Below, piece by piece: positions 1-8,879 of a DNA stretch of 64,000 nucleotides (within the stretch, counting starts at the first letter, position 1; every line of letters begins with the position of its first letter). The translations under genes were made by a program, and so were the position numbers. Below the pieces are notes generated by a model, which saw only the letters and a program-made list of their open reading frames with translations, searched no databases and had not been told where the DNA came from. Source of the stretch: an uncultured bacterium (GTDB lineage Bacteria; Chlamydiota; Chlamydiia; Chlamydiales; Rhabdochlamydiaceae); contig CAYGSB010000007.1 of NCBI GenBank assembly GCA_964352505.1, positions 32,293 to 96,292 on the forward strand, given 5' to 3'.

Positions 1-323
1 GTAAATATGGCGAAGAATCCTAAAAAGATGCTCATCAAGGTGTAAAAAACCCGCTCTCGGGAGAACCAGTTAGAGAGCCGGGTAAAAATAAATGTGAAGA
101 ATAGCGCCGCGGGAAGGATCGCCCAAACCTTCAAAAAGGGGAGGGCTTCAGCTCCCGATGAAGGGGCTGTAACGATGAGGGAGTCTTTTGTGGCACGAAG
201 GATACTATAGTTGAAACAGACAAGAAAAAAGATCAGAAACATGGGGACGAACTTCTTGTGTTCGCCGGCATAAATAGGCCAGAGAAGAGACCTTACTTTA
301 CCAAACCCTTTGGGTGTCGACAT
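1..323 (-). CDS. Nucleotide (ATP/ADP) transporter, TLC/NTT family; only the N-terminal 107 codons are present because the gene runs off the left edge
   Basis: My reverse-strand translation from the ATG at 323-321 reads MSTPKGFGKVRSLLWPIYAGEHKKFVPMFLIFFLVCFNYSILRATKDSLIVTAPSSGAEALPFLKVWAILPAALFFTFIFTRLSNWFSRERVFYTLMSIFLGFFAIF. This matches the conserved N-terminal region of chlamydial/rickettsial Npt/Tlc translocases. It is absent from the ORF track because it is truncated. Confidence 0.8.
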   Translation of the reverse strand, partial: MSTPKGFGKVRSLLWPIYAGEHKKFVPMFLIFFLVCFNYSILRATKDSLIVTAPSSGAEALPFLKVWAILPAALFFTFIFTRLSNWFSRERVFYTLMSIFLGFFAIF

Positions 324-392
324 ATGTCTCCCGATAAAACCTAAGGATACCCTAAATCTGAATAAGATTAAAGGGGAAAATAGGCCTATTAA

Positions 393-1571
393 TTATTTTA
401 GTAACGCGTCAATTCCAGGGAGATTTCCTTTCTCAATATACTCAAGAGAGGCCCCTCCACCTGTAGATATATGAGTAAATTTTTCAGTTAGACCGCTTTG
501 ATTGATCGCTGCGACAGAGTCCCCGCCGCCCACAATTGTGATGGCCTCTATTCCAGCTAAGGCGTTTGCAATTTCTAGGGTTCCTTTAGAAAAATTCGAC
601 ATTTCAAAAACCCCAAGCGGCCCATTCCAAAAAATCATTTGGGCGGTTTTCAACTTATCAGACCACTCCTTCTGGGTTTCGGGACCAATATCCATCCCCT
701 CCCAACCCTCAGGTATTCCTTCGACCACTTTAATAACTTTTTTTTCAGAGTCATTCGAAAAATTCTTTGCTATTACAAGGTCTTTAGGAAGAAAAATCGG
801 TGCTTTCGCTCTCTTTAAAATATTCTTTGCGGTTGGAATAAGGTCCTTTTCACTCAGCGAATTTCCGATGGAAAATCCTTGGGCCTCTAAAAATGTGTAA
901 GCCATAGCGCCCCCGATGAATAGGGCGTCGATCTTTTCTAGAAGAGCTTGGATAACCCCCAGTTTAGAGGAGACTTTGGCTCCCCCAATAATGGCGTAAA
1001 AGGGGTGTTTTGGCTTATTCAATGCTGAGCCAAGAAAGGCAATTTCTTTCTCCATGAGGAGACCAAATGCTGCTTTTCCTTTGAAAAATTGGGTGATTCC
1101 TACAATGGAGCTGTGGTTTCTATGTGCCGCTCCAAAAGCGTCATTCACGAAAACATCCCCCAGTTTTGCAAGCTCACTTGCAAATCCCGGGTCGCTCTTC
1201 GGATCTTCTTCGCCTTTATGGAAGCGCAAATTTTCAAGGAGAAGAACCTGCCCAATCTTTAGCTGACTGGCCATTTCTTCTACTTTGCTCCCGATGCAGT
1301 CGGGCGCCATGAGGACAGGTGTTTTGAGAAGCTCCCCTAGCCTTTTTGCACAAGGCTCGAGAGAGAATTTTGCATTTTTCTCCCCTTTTGGTCTCCCCAA
1401 ATGGCTCATTATTATTGGTGTTCCACCGTGATTTAGGATGTACTCAATTGTAGGAATTGCAGCGCGTATCCGGGTATCATCGGTTATGGTCCCTTCGTCG
1501 TTAAGAGGTACATTAAAATCTACGCGAACGAGGACTTTTTGATCTTTGACGAGATGGGGATTTAGGTTCAT
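393..1571 (-). CDS. pgk: Phosphoglycerate kinase
   Basis: 392 aa and full-length PGK-like (RVDFNVP ... GGGASLEY). Its start overlaps the stop of the upstream gene by 4 nt. Confidence 0.95.
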   Translation of the reverse strand: MNLNPHLVKDQKVLVRVDFNVPLNDEGTITDDTRIRAAIPTIEYILNHGGTPIIMSHLGRPKGEKNAKFSLEPCAKRLGELLKTPVLMAPDCIGSKVEEMASQLKIGQVLLLENLRFHKGEEDPKSDPGFASELAKLGDVFVNDAFGAAHRNHSSIVGITQFFKGKAAFGLLMEKEIAFLGSALNKPKHPFYAIIGGAKVSSKLGVIQALLEKIDALFIGGAMAYTFLEAQGFSIGNSLSEKDLIPTAKNILKRAKAPIFLPKDLVIAKNFSNDSEKKVIKVVEGIPEGWEGMDIGPETQKEWSDKLKTAQMIFWNGPLGVFEMSNFSKGTLEIANALAGIEAITIVGGGDSVAAINQSGLTEKFTHISTGGGASLEYIEKGNLPGIDALLK

Positions 1572-2317
1572 AGGTCTGCAAAGGGGCTTGTTGCTTGTTG
1601 AAATTTTTGACCTTTTTTTCTCTGTTTTAGCTCTGAGCGGATAGAGAACAAAAGATCCTGGTCAAAGTCTTTATGAGCTGCCCACTGTAAATATTCAAGA
1701 GGGATATCTTTAAAGGGGCGTCCCTTGTGCTTCCCTAGGGGCATCGCTTTGAGAAGAATGGGTTTTTCCATTCTCTGCTGGAGTTCTTTAGTGGTTTTAA
1801 AGCTTTCTGCAAGGTATTTAAAGACTTCGATATTTACAATTACGTCGCTCATCGCTCTATGAGCTCCCTCTTCAGCGATATTGAAGTGTTGGCGGAGTCG
1901 TTGGAGAGAATTCACAGGGCTTTCTCCATAGAGTCTTGCCATTCGGAGGGTGTCGATGAAGGGATTTTTTTCTATCGTGCAGGGAATTTGTCCCCGTTTA
2001 CACTCTTGTGAAATGAAGGCTATGTCCATTTGGATTCCGTGCCCGATGATGATGTGATTTCCAACCATTTTCAAAACGGTGCGCAGGACATCTTTTGCTA
2101 TAGGCTTGCCTTCTACCATTTCATCGGTGATATGATGAATTTCTGTGGTATAGGGGGGGATAGGGATTTCGGGGTTGATGAGAGTTTCGTAAGACTCTTT
2201 GATTCCTTCAAAGGTGAAAAGGGTTACTGCAATTTCAATTAAACGATCATTTTGGGGTTCGAGTCCTGTGGTTTCACAGTCCAAACAAATGAAAGAATCC
2301 TTGTGAATTAATCCCAT
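1568..2317 (-). CDS. DnaQ-like 3'-5' exonuclease (DNA polymerase III epsilon family) with a C-terminal extension
   Basis: Exo motifs are present: CLDCETTGL, IIGHGIQMDIAF and HRAMSDV. The C-terminal ~60 aa (GKHKGRPFKDIPLEYLQW) looks like the KxKG-type tail seen on some exonuclease-X-like proteins; that comparison is from memory. Confidence 0.8.
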   Translation of the reverse strand: MGLIHKDSFICLDCETTGLEPQNDRLIEIAVTLFTFEGIKESYETLINPEIPIPPYTTEIHHITDEMVEGKPIAKDVLRTVLKMVGNHIIIGHGIQMDIAFISQECKRGQIPCTIEKNPFIDTLRMARLYGESPVNSLQRLRQHFNIAEEGAHRAMSDVIVNIEVFKYLAESFKTTKELQQRMEKPILLKAMPLGKHKGRPFKDIPLEYLQWAAHKDFDQDLLFSIRSELKQRKKGQKFQQATSPFADL

Positions 2318-2904
2318 TGAACCTTCTTCTTCATTTCATAGATCAAATTTTTTCGAGCTTTTGGGTCTTTAATCGAGTAGACAACATATGGTACAGGTGT
2401 ATCACCAATTTCTTCAGCGAGCAAGGTCAAATTTTGGTGAGTGTGTTTTTGGATAACACCTGGTTTAAGTTTGTCAGACTTCGTGAAGACGATCAGCAAA
2501 GGTTTTTTAAAATGGATTGCCCAGCTCGCAAAGAGGAGGTCATCCTTGGTTGGTGGGTGGCGCAAGTCGATGAGAAGAAGGACGAGAGATAGCCCTTTTC
2601 TACCCTCCAAATAGGCTTGGATCAACCTTCCCCATGCATCTCTAACAGATTTAGAAATTTTTGCAAAACCGTAGCCGGGCAGGTCGACGAGTGTTAATCC
2701 TTCATCTACCTCAAAAAAATTGATCAGCTGTGTTTTTCCCGGTTTGCTTGAAACGTGGGCCAGCTTACTGCTTTGGGTCAAGTGGTTGAGAAGGGAGGAT
2801 TTCCCTACATTGGATCTTCCAACGACGGCAATTTCCGGAAGTTCTAAGTCGGGGAATTGCTCAGGTTTAGCAGTTGAGAGGAGGAATTTAGCCTTTGTGA
2901 ACAT
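2308..2904 (-). CDS. engB: Ribosome-biogenesis GTPase EngB (YihA/YsxC)
   Basis: G1 motif GRSNVGKSSLLN, G3 DLPGYG and G4 TKSDK; 198 aa. Confidence 0.9.
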   Translation of the reverse strand: MFTKAKFLLSTAKPEQFPDLELPEIAVVGRSNVGKSSLLNHLTQSSKLAHVSSKPGKTQLINFFEVDEGLTLVDLPGYGFAKISKSVRDAWGRLIQAYLEGRKGLSLVLLLIDLRHPPTKDDLLFASWAIHFKKPLLIVFTKSDKLKPGVIQKHTHQNLTLLAEEIGDTPVPYVVYSIKDPKARKNLIYEMKKKVQWD

Positions 2905-3301
2905 CGATCCTCCTCCCTTGGTCTTCTGTAGTTAATCTAATGTGAAGAGTCTTGCTAGGCAAAAGACGAGAAATCCTCTCTGGCCACTCGATGATACAAA
3001 TACCTTCGTCATCAAAATAATCTAGGAATCCCATTTCAATAAATGCGTCCACATTCTTCAATCGATAGAGATCGAAGTGGTAGATAGGAAAAAGATCAGA
3101 CTCATATGGGTTTACATAGGTGAATGTTGGAGAGGAGATCTGATGGGTGGGTTGGCCTGTAATAGAAGAGATGATCCCTTTTGCGAGAGTGGTCTTTCCA
3201 GCGCCCAAATCACCATGAAGGGCAAGTACAGATCCTTTTTCGAGCGTTTCTGCAAACTCTTTGCCGAACTGTAACGTTGAGCTCTCTGTTTGAGAAATCA
3301 T
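2888..3301 (-). CDS. tsaE: tRNA t6A37 biosynthesis ATPase TsaE (YjeE)
   Basis: P-loop GDLGAGKTT. I prefer the internal ATG at 3301-3299 (MISQTESS...), which overlaps the upstream stop as TAATG. The ORF track extends the ORF to 3328. Confidence 0.85.
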   Translation of the reverse strand: MISQTESSTLQFGKEFAETLEKGSVLALHGDLGAGKTTLAKGIISSITGQPTHQISSPTFTYVNPYESDLFPIYHFDLYRLKNVDAFIEMGFLDYFDDEGICIIEWPERISRLLPSKTLHIRLTTEDQGRRIDVHKG

Positions 3302-4023
3302 TATCCGGTAGCTTCTTCTTCGAGCCATCCACCCACAAACGAAGTGAACTCAGGGAGTTTAGAAAGTGCTTCAACGAACGCTGAAATTTCTTCTTCCTTG
3401 AGTTTCGACTGAATGAAGGAGAGGAGTTGTTCGGCTATTTCAAACCTGTTTTGGCTTGGAACTTCGACGAGGGGGATTGACTTGATCTGGTTTTTAGTAA
3501 AGTCATCGATAACGCTAGCTTTGCTATTGAATAACTTTCCTGTTACGGCAGATGAATAAACAATTTTTGTGATTGGCTCGCGTCTTTGGATAATATAATT
3601 TTTAATGACTTCAGGGTCTTCTGAGACAAAAAACCGCTTAACACGGAGGCCGTCCATCCGCTCAGTGTTTTCAGGGCAGGTTGAGACCCAATCATAAATT
3701 GCGTCTTGAGGGTTCGCATGAGTGTTATTTCCGAAGACTTTTCCTGTAAAAGGGCATATATAAATTTTGGTTGTCTGGTCGTTAACGCTTTCTTTTTGAA
3801 ACTGGATTTTGATCTCTGTCTCGCGCCAAAGCTTTCCTTGACCTTCTAAGTGCTTAATTAGCTCTTCTTTACCTTGGTAAATCTTTTTTTCACGAATAAA
3901 GAGTACTGGCTTAATTTTGAGTTTCTTTTCGAGAAAGTAGAGATAAGAGGTGATTACGTCGGCTTTCTTGTTGTTGCCGAGAAATTTTAGGAGCTCATCT
4001 TTTAGGTTGTCTGAAATTTGCAT
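3301..4023 (-). CDS. Hypothetical protein with an internally duplicated TGK-x-F module
   Basis: The track ORF starts at a TTG at 4095. The ATG at 4023 is preceded by GGAGG with a 5-nt spacer, which gives 240 aa. I recognise no family. The gene is coupled to tsaE. Confidence 0.65.
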   Translation of the reverse strand: MQISDNLKDELLKFLGNNKKADVITSYLYFLEKKLKIKPVLFIREKKIYQGKEELIKHLEGQGKLWRETEIKIQFQKESVNDQTTKIYICPFTGKVFGNNTHANPQDAIYDWVSTCPENTERMDGLRVKRFFVSEDPEVIKNYIIQRREPITKIVYSSAVTGKLFNSKASVIDDFTKNQIKSIPLVEVPSQNRFEIAEQLLSFIQSKLKEEEISAFVEALSKLPEFTSFVGGWLEEEATG

Positions 4024-4193
4024 TCTTTCCTCCGGAAAAGAGTCAGAATACCACTGGCGTAGGATATTCTTCAATAGCTTTTTCTTTACCAGCAAAATTT
4101 TTAATAATTGATTAGCCTCTATAGGAATTAACTAATTGCTTTTTGAATCAATAAGGTGTAGAATAGAGTCTCTTTGTTTCAGGAGGTTTACCC

Positions 4194-5312
4194 ATGCCCA
4201 CAGTTCTAGACGAGCAGCTTTCTTTAGAGGAAATTTCGGTACCCGGATACCACAGAGTGGTTCGAGCACGTGACCCAAGTTCGGGCTTGGACGCGATTAT
4301 TGCTATTCACGATCTGCGCCTGAGTAAGGCCGCACTCGGAGGGACAAGGATCCATCCTTATGCAACCTTCGAAGAAGCTCTTACCGATGCAACGAGGCTT
4401 GCCCGTGGAATGACTTTTAAATCTGCCGCTTCCCAATGTGGATGGGGTGGAGGAAAAAGTGTGATCATCGCTGATCCGCGCAAGGATAAAACAGAAGCTC
4501 TTCTCAAGTCTTTTGCTGAAGCAGTGAATAGACTTAAGGGGGCCTATATCTGCGCAGAGGATGCTGGATGCACCCCCCAAGACGCAGCCCTTATAGCTGA
4601 GCACACACCCTACGTGGTCGGTCTCCCAAGCGAAAAAAGTAGTGGCAATCCCTCCCCCTTTACTGCATGGGGAGTCTTTCGTGGAATTCAAGCCGTTATG
4701 CATCAACTTTTCGGTTCTGATTCGGTAGAAGGAAAAACGGTTGCCATACAAGGCCTCGGAAGCGTTGGCGCAACTCTCGCTCAACTTCTCTTTTGGCATG
4801 GCGCAAAGCTGATTGTTACTGATGTTCATATGGATAGGGCTGAGGGTCTTGCAAAGCAGCTAGGAGCTAAACTTGTCGAGCCCGATGCGATCTACGAAGA
4901 GCCGTGTGACGTCTTTTCCCCTTGTGCTCTTGGTGGGATCATTAACCCCGTGACCATTGAAAGACTCCGCTGCCGAGCAATTGCAGGTGCTGCAAATAAC
5001 CAGCTCTTGACCGAAGCAGATGCAGAAGAGCTCCGTCGCGTAGGGATTCTCTACGCCCCAGACTTTGTCATTAATTCTGGCGGTCTGATCAATGTCACAC
5101 AAGAAACTGTCAAAGAAGGTTACTCTCCTTCCGCTTCCAGAAATAAGGTGGATAAGATATATGATCAGTTGAAGCTCATTTTCTCTATTGCGAGTGAAAA
5201 TGCGATTTCAACACAGAAGGCCGTCATGCAACTGGTTGAATACCGGCTAGAGTATGGAATTGGTCGACGTGTTGACCCAATTTACATGCACCATGCTGGA
5301 ATCAATTACTAA
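4194..5312 (+). CDS. Leucine (branched-chain amino acid) dehydrogenase, Glu/Leu/Phe/Val dehydrogenase family
   Basis: Collinear with Bacillus LeuDH from memory: AIIAIHD, LGGTR, the GGGKSVI catalytic Lys motif, SSGNPSP, the GLGSVG Rossmann motif and YAPDFVINSGG. AGGAGG SD upstream. Confidence 0.9.
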   Translation: MPTVLDEQLSLEEISVPGYHRVVRARDPSSGLDAIIAIHDLRLSKAALGGTRIHPYATFEEALTDATRLARGMTFKSAASQCGWGGGKSVIIADPRKDKTEALLKSFAEAVNRLKGAYICAEDAGCTPQDAALIAEHTPYVVGLPSEKSSGNPSPFTAWGVFRGIQAVMHQLFGSDSVEGKTVAIQGLGSVGATLAQLLFWHGAKLIVTDVHMDRAEGLAKQLGAKLVEPDAIYEEPCDVFSPCALGGIINPVTIERLRCRAIAGAANNQLLTEADAEELRRVGILYAPDFVINSGGLINVTQETVKEGYSPSASRNKVDKIYDQLKLIFSIASENAISTQKAVMQLVEYRLEYGIGRRVDPIYMHHAGINY

Positions 5313-7075
5313 TGCAAACAATTGCTCAAAGGCTTGAAGACAAAGTTCGGATTGCCTTAGATCAAGTTTTTGGAAAAGCTCTTCGGGGACAGGATGATCT
5401 CCTTGTCCCTGAGCTGACACAGGCTACCCAATCTAAGTTTGGCCATTACCAGTGCAACAATGCGCTGAAGCTCGCGAAGGCGCTGAAGAAAAGTCCCCGC
5501 GCGGTGGCTGAAGAACTCATTGCAGCCCTGACTCCCAACGGAGAGGCTTCTCTTATCAAAAAAATGGAGGTAGCAGGTCCTGGGTTCATCAACATCACCC
5601 TTAGCAACCAATTTTTAGAGCAAGAAATTCACAACCTCCTAGAAGACCGCCATCTCAGTGTCCCGAAATGCAAAGAAAAAAAGAAAGTCATTGTAGAGTT
5701 CTCTTCACCTAATATTGCGAAAGAATTGCATGTCGGCCACCTTCGCTCAACAATCATCGGGGACGCCCTGGCTCGCCTTTTTGAGTTCCTTGACTATGAG
5801 GTTTTGCGCCTCAATCACGTTGGCGACTGGGGAACCCAGTTTGGGATGTTGATTGCTTATCTCAAGCGATTTCAGCCCGACTTCTTTAAAGGGAAAAAAA
5901 CAGCAGATCTATCTGAGCTCATGCACTGGTACAAAGAGTCGAAAAAACTTTTTGATGCTGATCCAGAGTTCAAAAAGGAGTCCCAGTTAGAAGTTGTGAG
6001 GCTTCAAGGAGGAGACGAAGCCTCCTTAGAAGCCTGGGAGATGATCTCTGACATCTCTAGACGTGCTTTTAAAGAAATCTACCATCTTCTCGATATCAAA
6101 ATTGAAGAGAGGGGAGAGTCATTTTATAATCCCTACCTCGCCGAAGTTGTCGATAATCTCGATAAAAAGGGGCTAATTACCCTATCGGAAGGGGCTAAGT
6201 GCGTTTTCCTAGAGGGGTTCACAACGCGTGAAGGGACACCTCTTCCGATGATCGTTCAAAAATCTGACGGTGGCTACAACTACGACACTACCGATATGGC
6301 TGCCATGCGTCATCGGATTGAAATTGAAGGAGCCGATCGAATCATCGTCGTGACCGATGCAGGCCAAAGTCTCCATTTCAAAATGATCGAACAGACCTGT
6401 GAAAAAGCAGGATATCTTGACCCAAAACAAACCCGTTTTGATCACGTTCCATTTGGAGTGGTTCTCGGTCCTGATGGGAAAAAATTCAAAACTCGCTCCG
6501 GTGAAACAGAAAAACTCATCGATCTAATTACACAGGCGACAGCTAGTGCAAAGGAGATCTTCAAAGAGAGGCTTCCCGGAGCAACGAATGGGGAAATTGA
6601 TGAGCTTGGAACGATTCTAGGAGTCGATGCAATTAAATATGCCGATCTCTCTTCGCACCGCCTAAAAGACTATGTATTTAGCTATGATCGGATGCTCCGT
6701 TTTGAAGGGAATACCGCTGCCTTTCTTCTCTATTCTTATGTCCGGATCCAAGGGATCAAGCGCAAATGTGGGAAAAAGGTCGATGCGCTTATTTCCTATA
6801 CGAAGATCCACCTGAGCGAACCATCCGAAATCGAGCTAGCCCTTCATCTGCTTCGATTTGGAGAGACACTTGAGGTGATGGCAAAAGACCTCCTCCCCAA
6901 TCGCCTCTGCGAGTACCTCTATGAGCTTGCTGAAAAATTCAACATCTTCTTCCGCGATTGTAGAGTAGAGGGTTCTGAATTTGAAGAGAGTCGACTGCTT
7001 CTTTGTGAGGCTTCTTCTCGCATTCTCGAGAAAGGCCTTCAGATCCTCGGGCTCAAAACACTCTCAAAAATGTAA
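5312..7075 (+). CDS. argS: Arginine--tRNA ligase
   Basis: 587 aa with the HVGH (HIGH) motif in SSPNIAKELHVGHLRST. The ATG overlaps the stop of the upstream gene. Confidence 0.95.
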   Translation: MQTIAQRLEDKVRIALDQVFGKALRGQDDLLVPELTQATQSKFGHYQCNNALKLAKALKKSPRAVAEELIAALTPNGEASLIKKMEVAGPGFINITLSNQFLEQEIHNLLEDRHLSVPKCKEKKKVIVEFSSPNIAKELHVGHLRSTIIGDALARLFEFLDYEVLRLNHVGDWGTQFGMLIAYLKRFQPDFFKGKKTADLSELMHWYKESKKLFDADPEFKKESQLEVVRLQGGDEASLEAWEMISDISRRAFKEIYHLLDIKIEERGESFYNPYLAEVVDNLDKKGLITLSEGAKCVFLEGFTTREGTPLPMIVQKSDGGYNYDTTDMAAMRHRIEIEGADRIIVVTDAGQSLHFKMIEQTCEKAGYLDPKQTRFDHVPFGVVLGPDGKKFKTRSGETEKLIDLITQATASAKEIFKERLPGATNGEIDELGTILGVDAIKYADLSSHRLKDYVFSYDRMLRFEGNTAAFLLYSYVRIQGIKRKCGKKVDALISYTKIHLSEPSEIELALHLLRFGETLEVMAKDLLPNRLCEYLYELAEKFNIFFRDCRVEGSEFEESRLLLCEASSRILEKGLQILGLKTLSKM

Positions 7076-7078
7076 TCG

Positions 7079-8356
7079 CTACCAGGGGTCTTCCAAGGAT
7101 TTGAAGGTGATAAATGGCCCTTTTATAAACTCTTTAACAAGTCGCGCGATTGAATTTTGTAAAGCTTGAGAACCCAAAGCTCCTAGTTCTACTGCGTTTT
7201 GATGGTGTCCTAATTCTATACATCCAATCGCGAGGATTTTAAGGAGTAGATCCCTTTTTTCTGGGGCAATTTCTCCTCTGGTGATTTCATCTGCTTTTAG
7301 ATAATCTAACGCTCTGACGTGACGTTCCACCTCAATGCATTTTTGTTCGAAGGGTGTTCTTTGTACATTTTCTGGAGATTGGGTGGGATCTTGGGCAAAA
7401 TGTGCAATGAGAGTGAAAAGGCGATCTTTTAGCCATTCTGATGGGAGTGATTCGCAGAGCTGGGTAGCCCGATCAAAAAACCCGTCCTTAAGAATTCCAT
7501 GTTTAAAAATCGCGGTGATAATTTCTCTTTGTTTATCAACGGAAGAGATTCTATTTGCAGTTGCAATCGCTTGGGTAAAGTTTTTTTCTCCACATAATGA
7601 TCTAGAAAGATAGGCGAGATAGTGATTTTTCAAGGGAGAGGATAGAATTTGAGAAGCAGCATCTCTTGCTTGCGGGACTCTTTTCTCTGTCATGAAGTGT
7701 ACAAAGAGAGACGAGAAAACTTTATCCCACAGAGCTGGGCTAATGTCGGGCCTATACAGCTTAGCTAATGCTTTCGCTTCGACTAAACGCCTTTGATCAA
7801 TAAGTTCAGAAAAGATGTTGGTCAGGAGTGCTTGAATATTTTGACAGAAGACGTAGGGGGTTATCTCACCTTCCTTCCAGTCTCGGATGTGGATCACCGT
7901 CTGAGAGGTGGGTGAGAAAACTTTAGTAAAGTAGTCGAGGCTTGGATTACTTTCTTCAAAGGCTACAGCCCATTTCTTGAACTCTGCTTTGTCAAGTTGA
8001 AATAGGAAACAGAGAATAACCCCTTTCATCTCATCATAGCTTTGTAACTTAAACCTACTGAGTGCTTGATTTACTTCTTGAACTCTTGGGTCTGAAGGGG
8101 GGAGCTCCAAAAAAGTGATGAGCGAATGAGCGGCCAATTCAAGTTTGATTTTCACCCACTCATGGGTTAGTGGCCTAAATGCACGGATGGAACGATCGGT
8201 TAGTAAAAGAGCGTTCCGATCAAAGGGCCGCAAATTGTTACAAATATTGCCAAAAATCGCTAACGTAAGTTGAAGAAATGGGTTCGAAGAGCGAGCGTCA
8301 GGGCTGGCATAAACCTGATTGGCCGGTCGCATGGTAGCGTTTACATTTTGCGTCAT
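7079..8356 (-). CDS. Hypothetical protein, probably all-helical, with a possible N-terminal F-box-like motif
   Basis: 425-aa ORF with an ATG start. It has no signal peptide, no TM segment and no family I recognise. See findings. Confidence 0.6.
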   Translation of the reverse strand: MTQNVNATMRPANQVYASPDARSSNPFLQLTLAIFGNICNNLRPFDRNALLLTDRSIRAFRPLTHEWVKIKLELAAHSLITFLELPPSDPRVQEVNQALSRFKLQSYDEMKGVILCFLFQLDKAEFKKWAVAFEESNPSLDYFTKVFSPTSQTVIHIRDWKEGEITPYVFCQNIQALLTNIFSELIDQRRLVEAKALAKLYRPDISPALWDKVFSSLFVHFMTEKRVPQARDAASQILSSPLKNHYLAYLSRSLCGEKNFTQAIATANRISSVDKQREIITAIFKHGILKDGFFDRATQLCESLPSEWLKDRLFTLIAHFAQDPTQSPENVQRTPFEQKCIEVERHVRALDYLKADEITRGEIAPEKRDLLLKILAIGCIELGHHQNAVELGALGSQALQNSIARLVKEFIKGPFITFKSLEDPW

Positions 8357-8390
8357 ATTTTCTCTCGAACTATTTCGAAATCAAATTGGC

Positions 8391-8795
8391 TTAGATTTCT
8401 TCAGGACTACGGGGCTGCTTAGGGGCAGGGCTAAAAAAAATATTTCTTTCACGAAGCGGCTTTCTTGTTGGGGTATGTTTAGGAGACTGGTGGGGGGTTG
8501 TAGATTTTACCCCATTTTCTCTTGCAAGTCCCATCAGCTCTTTGGCTACAGCTCTGGGAATAAGGCTCCCATGAGGGATGTCGACCGATACTGGAGGTTT
8601 ATTCCATGTTCCGTTCTTTGGATTCGTCCACCCATATCGCCTAAACACACTTTCAATGACTTCCCGTTTTATAAACAGTTCCCTGCCCGGCGTTGTGGCA
8701 GCTGAGCTTGGGCCTTTTTTTGGAGTTCTCACGGCTCGAAAATCGCGTGCGCTAATCGGTGAATATGTCGGTGATCCAACGGTTGGTAGGCTCAT
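8391..8795 (-). CDS. Hypothetical small basic protein rich in Ser/Thr-Pro motifs
   Basis: 134 aa. The ATG is preceded by AAGGAG with a 7-nt spacer. Low-complexity S/T-P-rich arms flank a ~55-aa core. Confidence 0.65.
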   Translation of the reverse strand: MSLPTVGSPTYSPISARDFRAVRTPKKGPSSAATTPGRELFIKREVIESVFRRYGWTNPKNGTWNKPPVSVDIPHGSLIPRAVAKELMGLARENGVKSTTPHQSPKHTPTRKPLRERNIFFSPAPKQPRSPEEI

Positions 8796-8879
8796 TATTT
8801 ACTCCTTATTTTTAAGATTCCATTAAGTTTAGCAGAAGAGGTAGATTCTCTTAAAGGATGGTTTCTTAAGAAGAGAGCG

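Noticed and set aside
4224-4829. 201-aa minus-strand ORF inside the leucine dehydrogenase gene
   Set aside because: It is fully antisense to a strongly supported CDS, it is Cys/Ser/Arg-rich, and it has no motifs. This is a typical shadow ORF.
8751-8774. SPTYSPIS in the 134-aa protein resembles the RNA polymerase II CTD heptad (YSPTSPS)
   Set aside because: There is only a single copy of about one heptad in a generally S/T/P-rich segment. That is too short to distinguish from chance, so I kept only the broader S/T-P observation.
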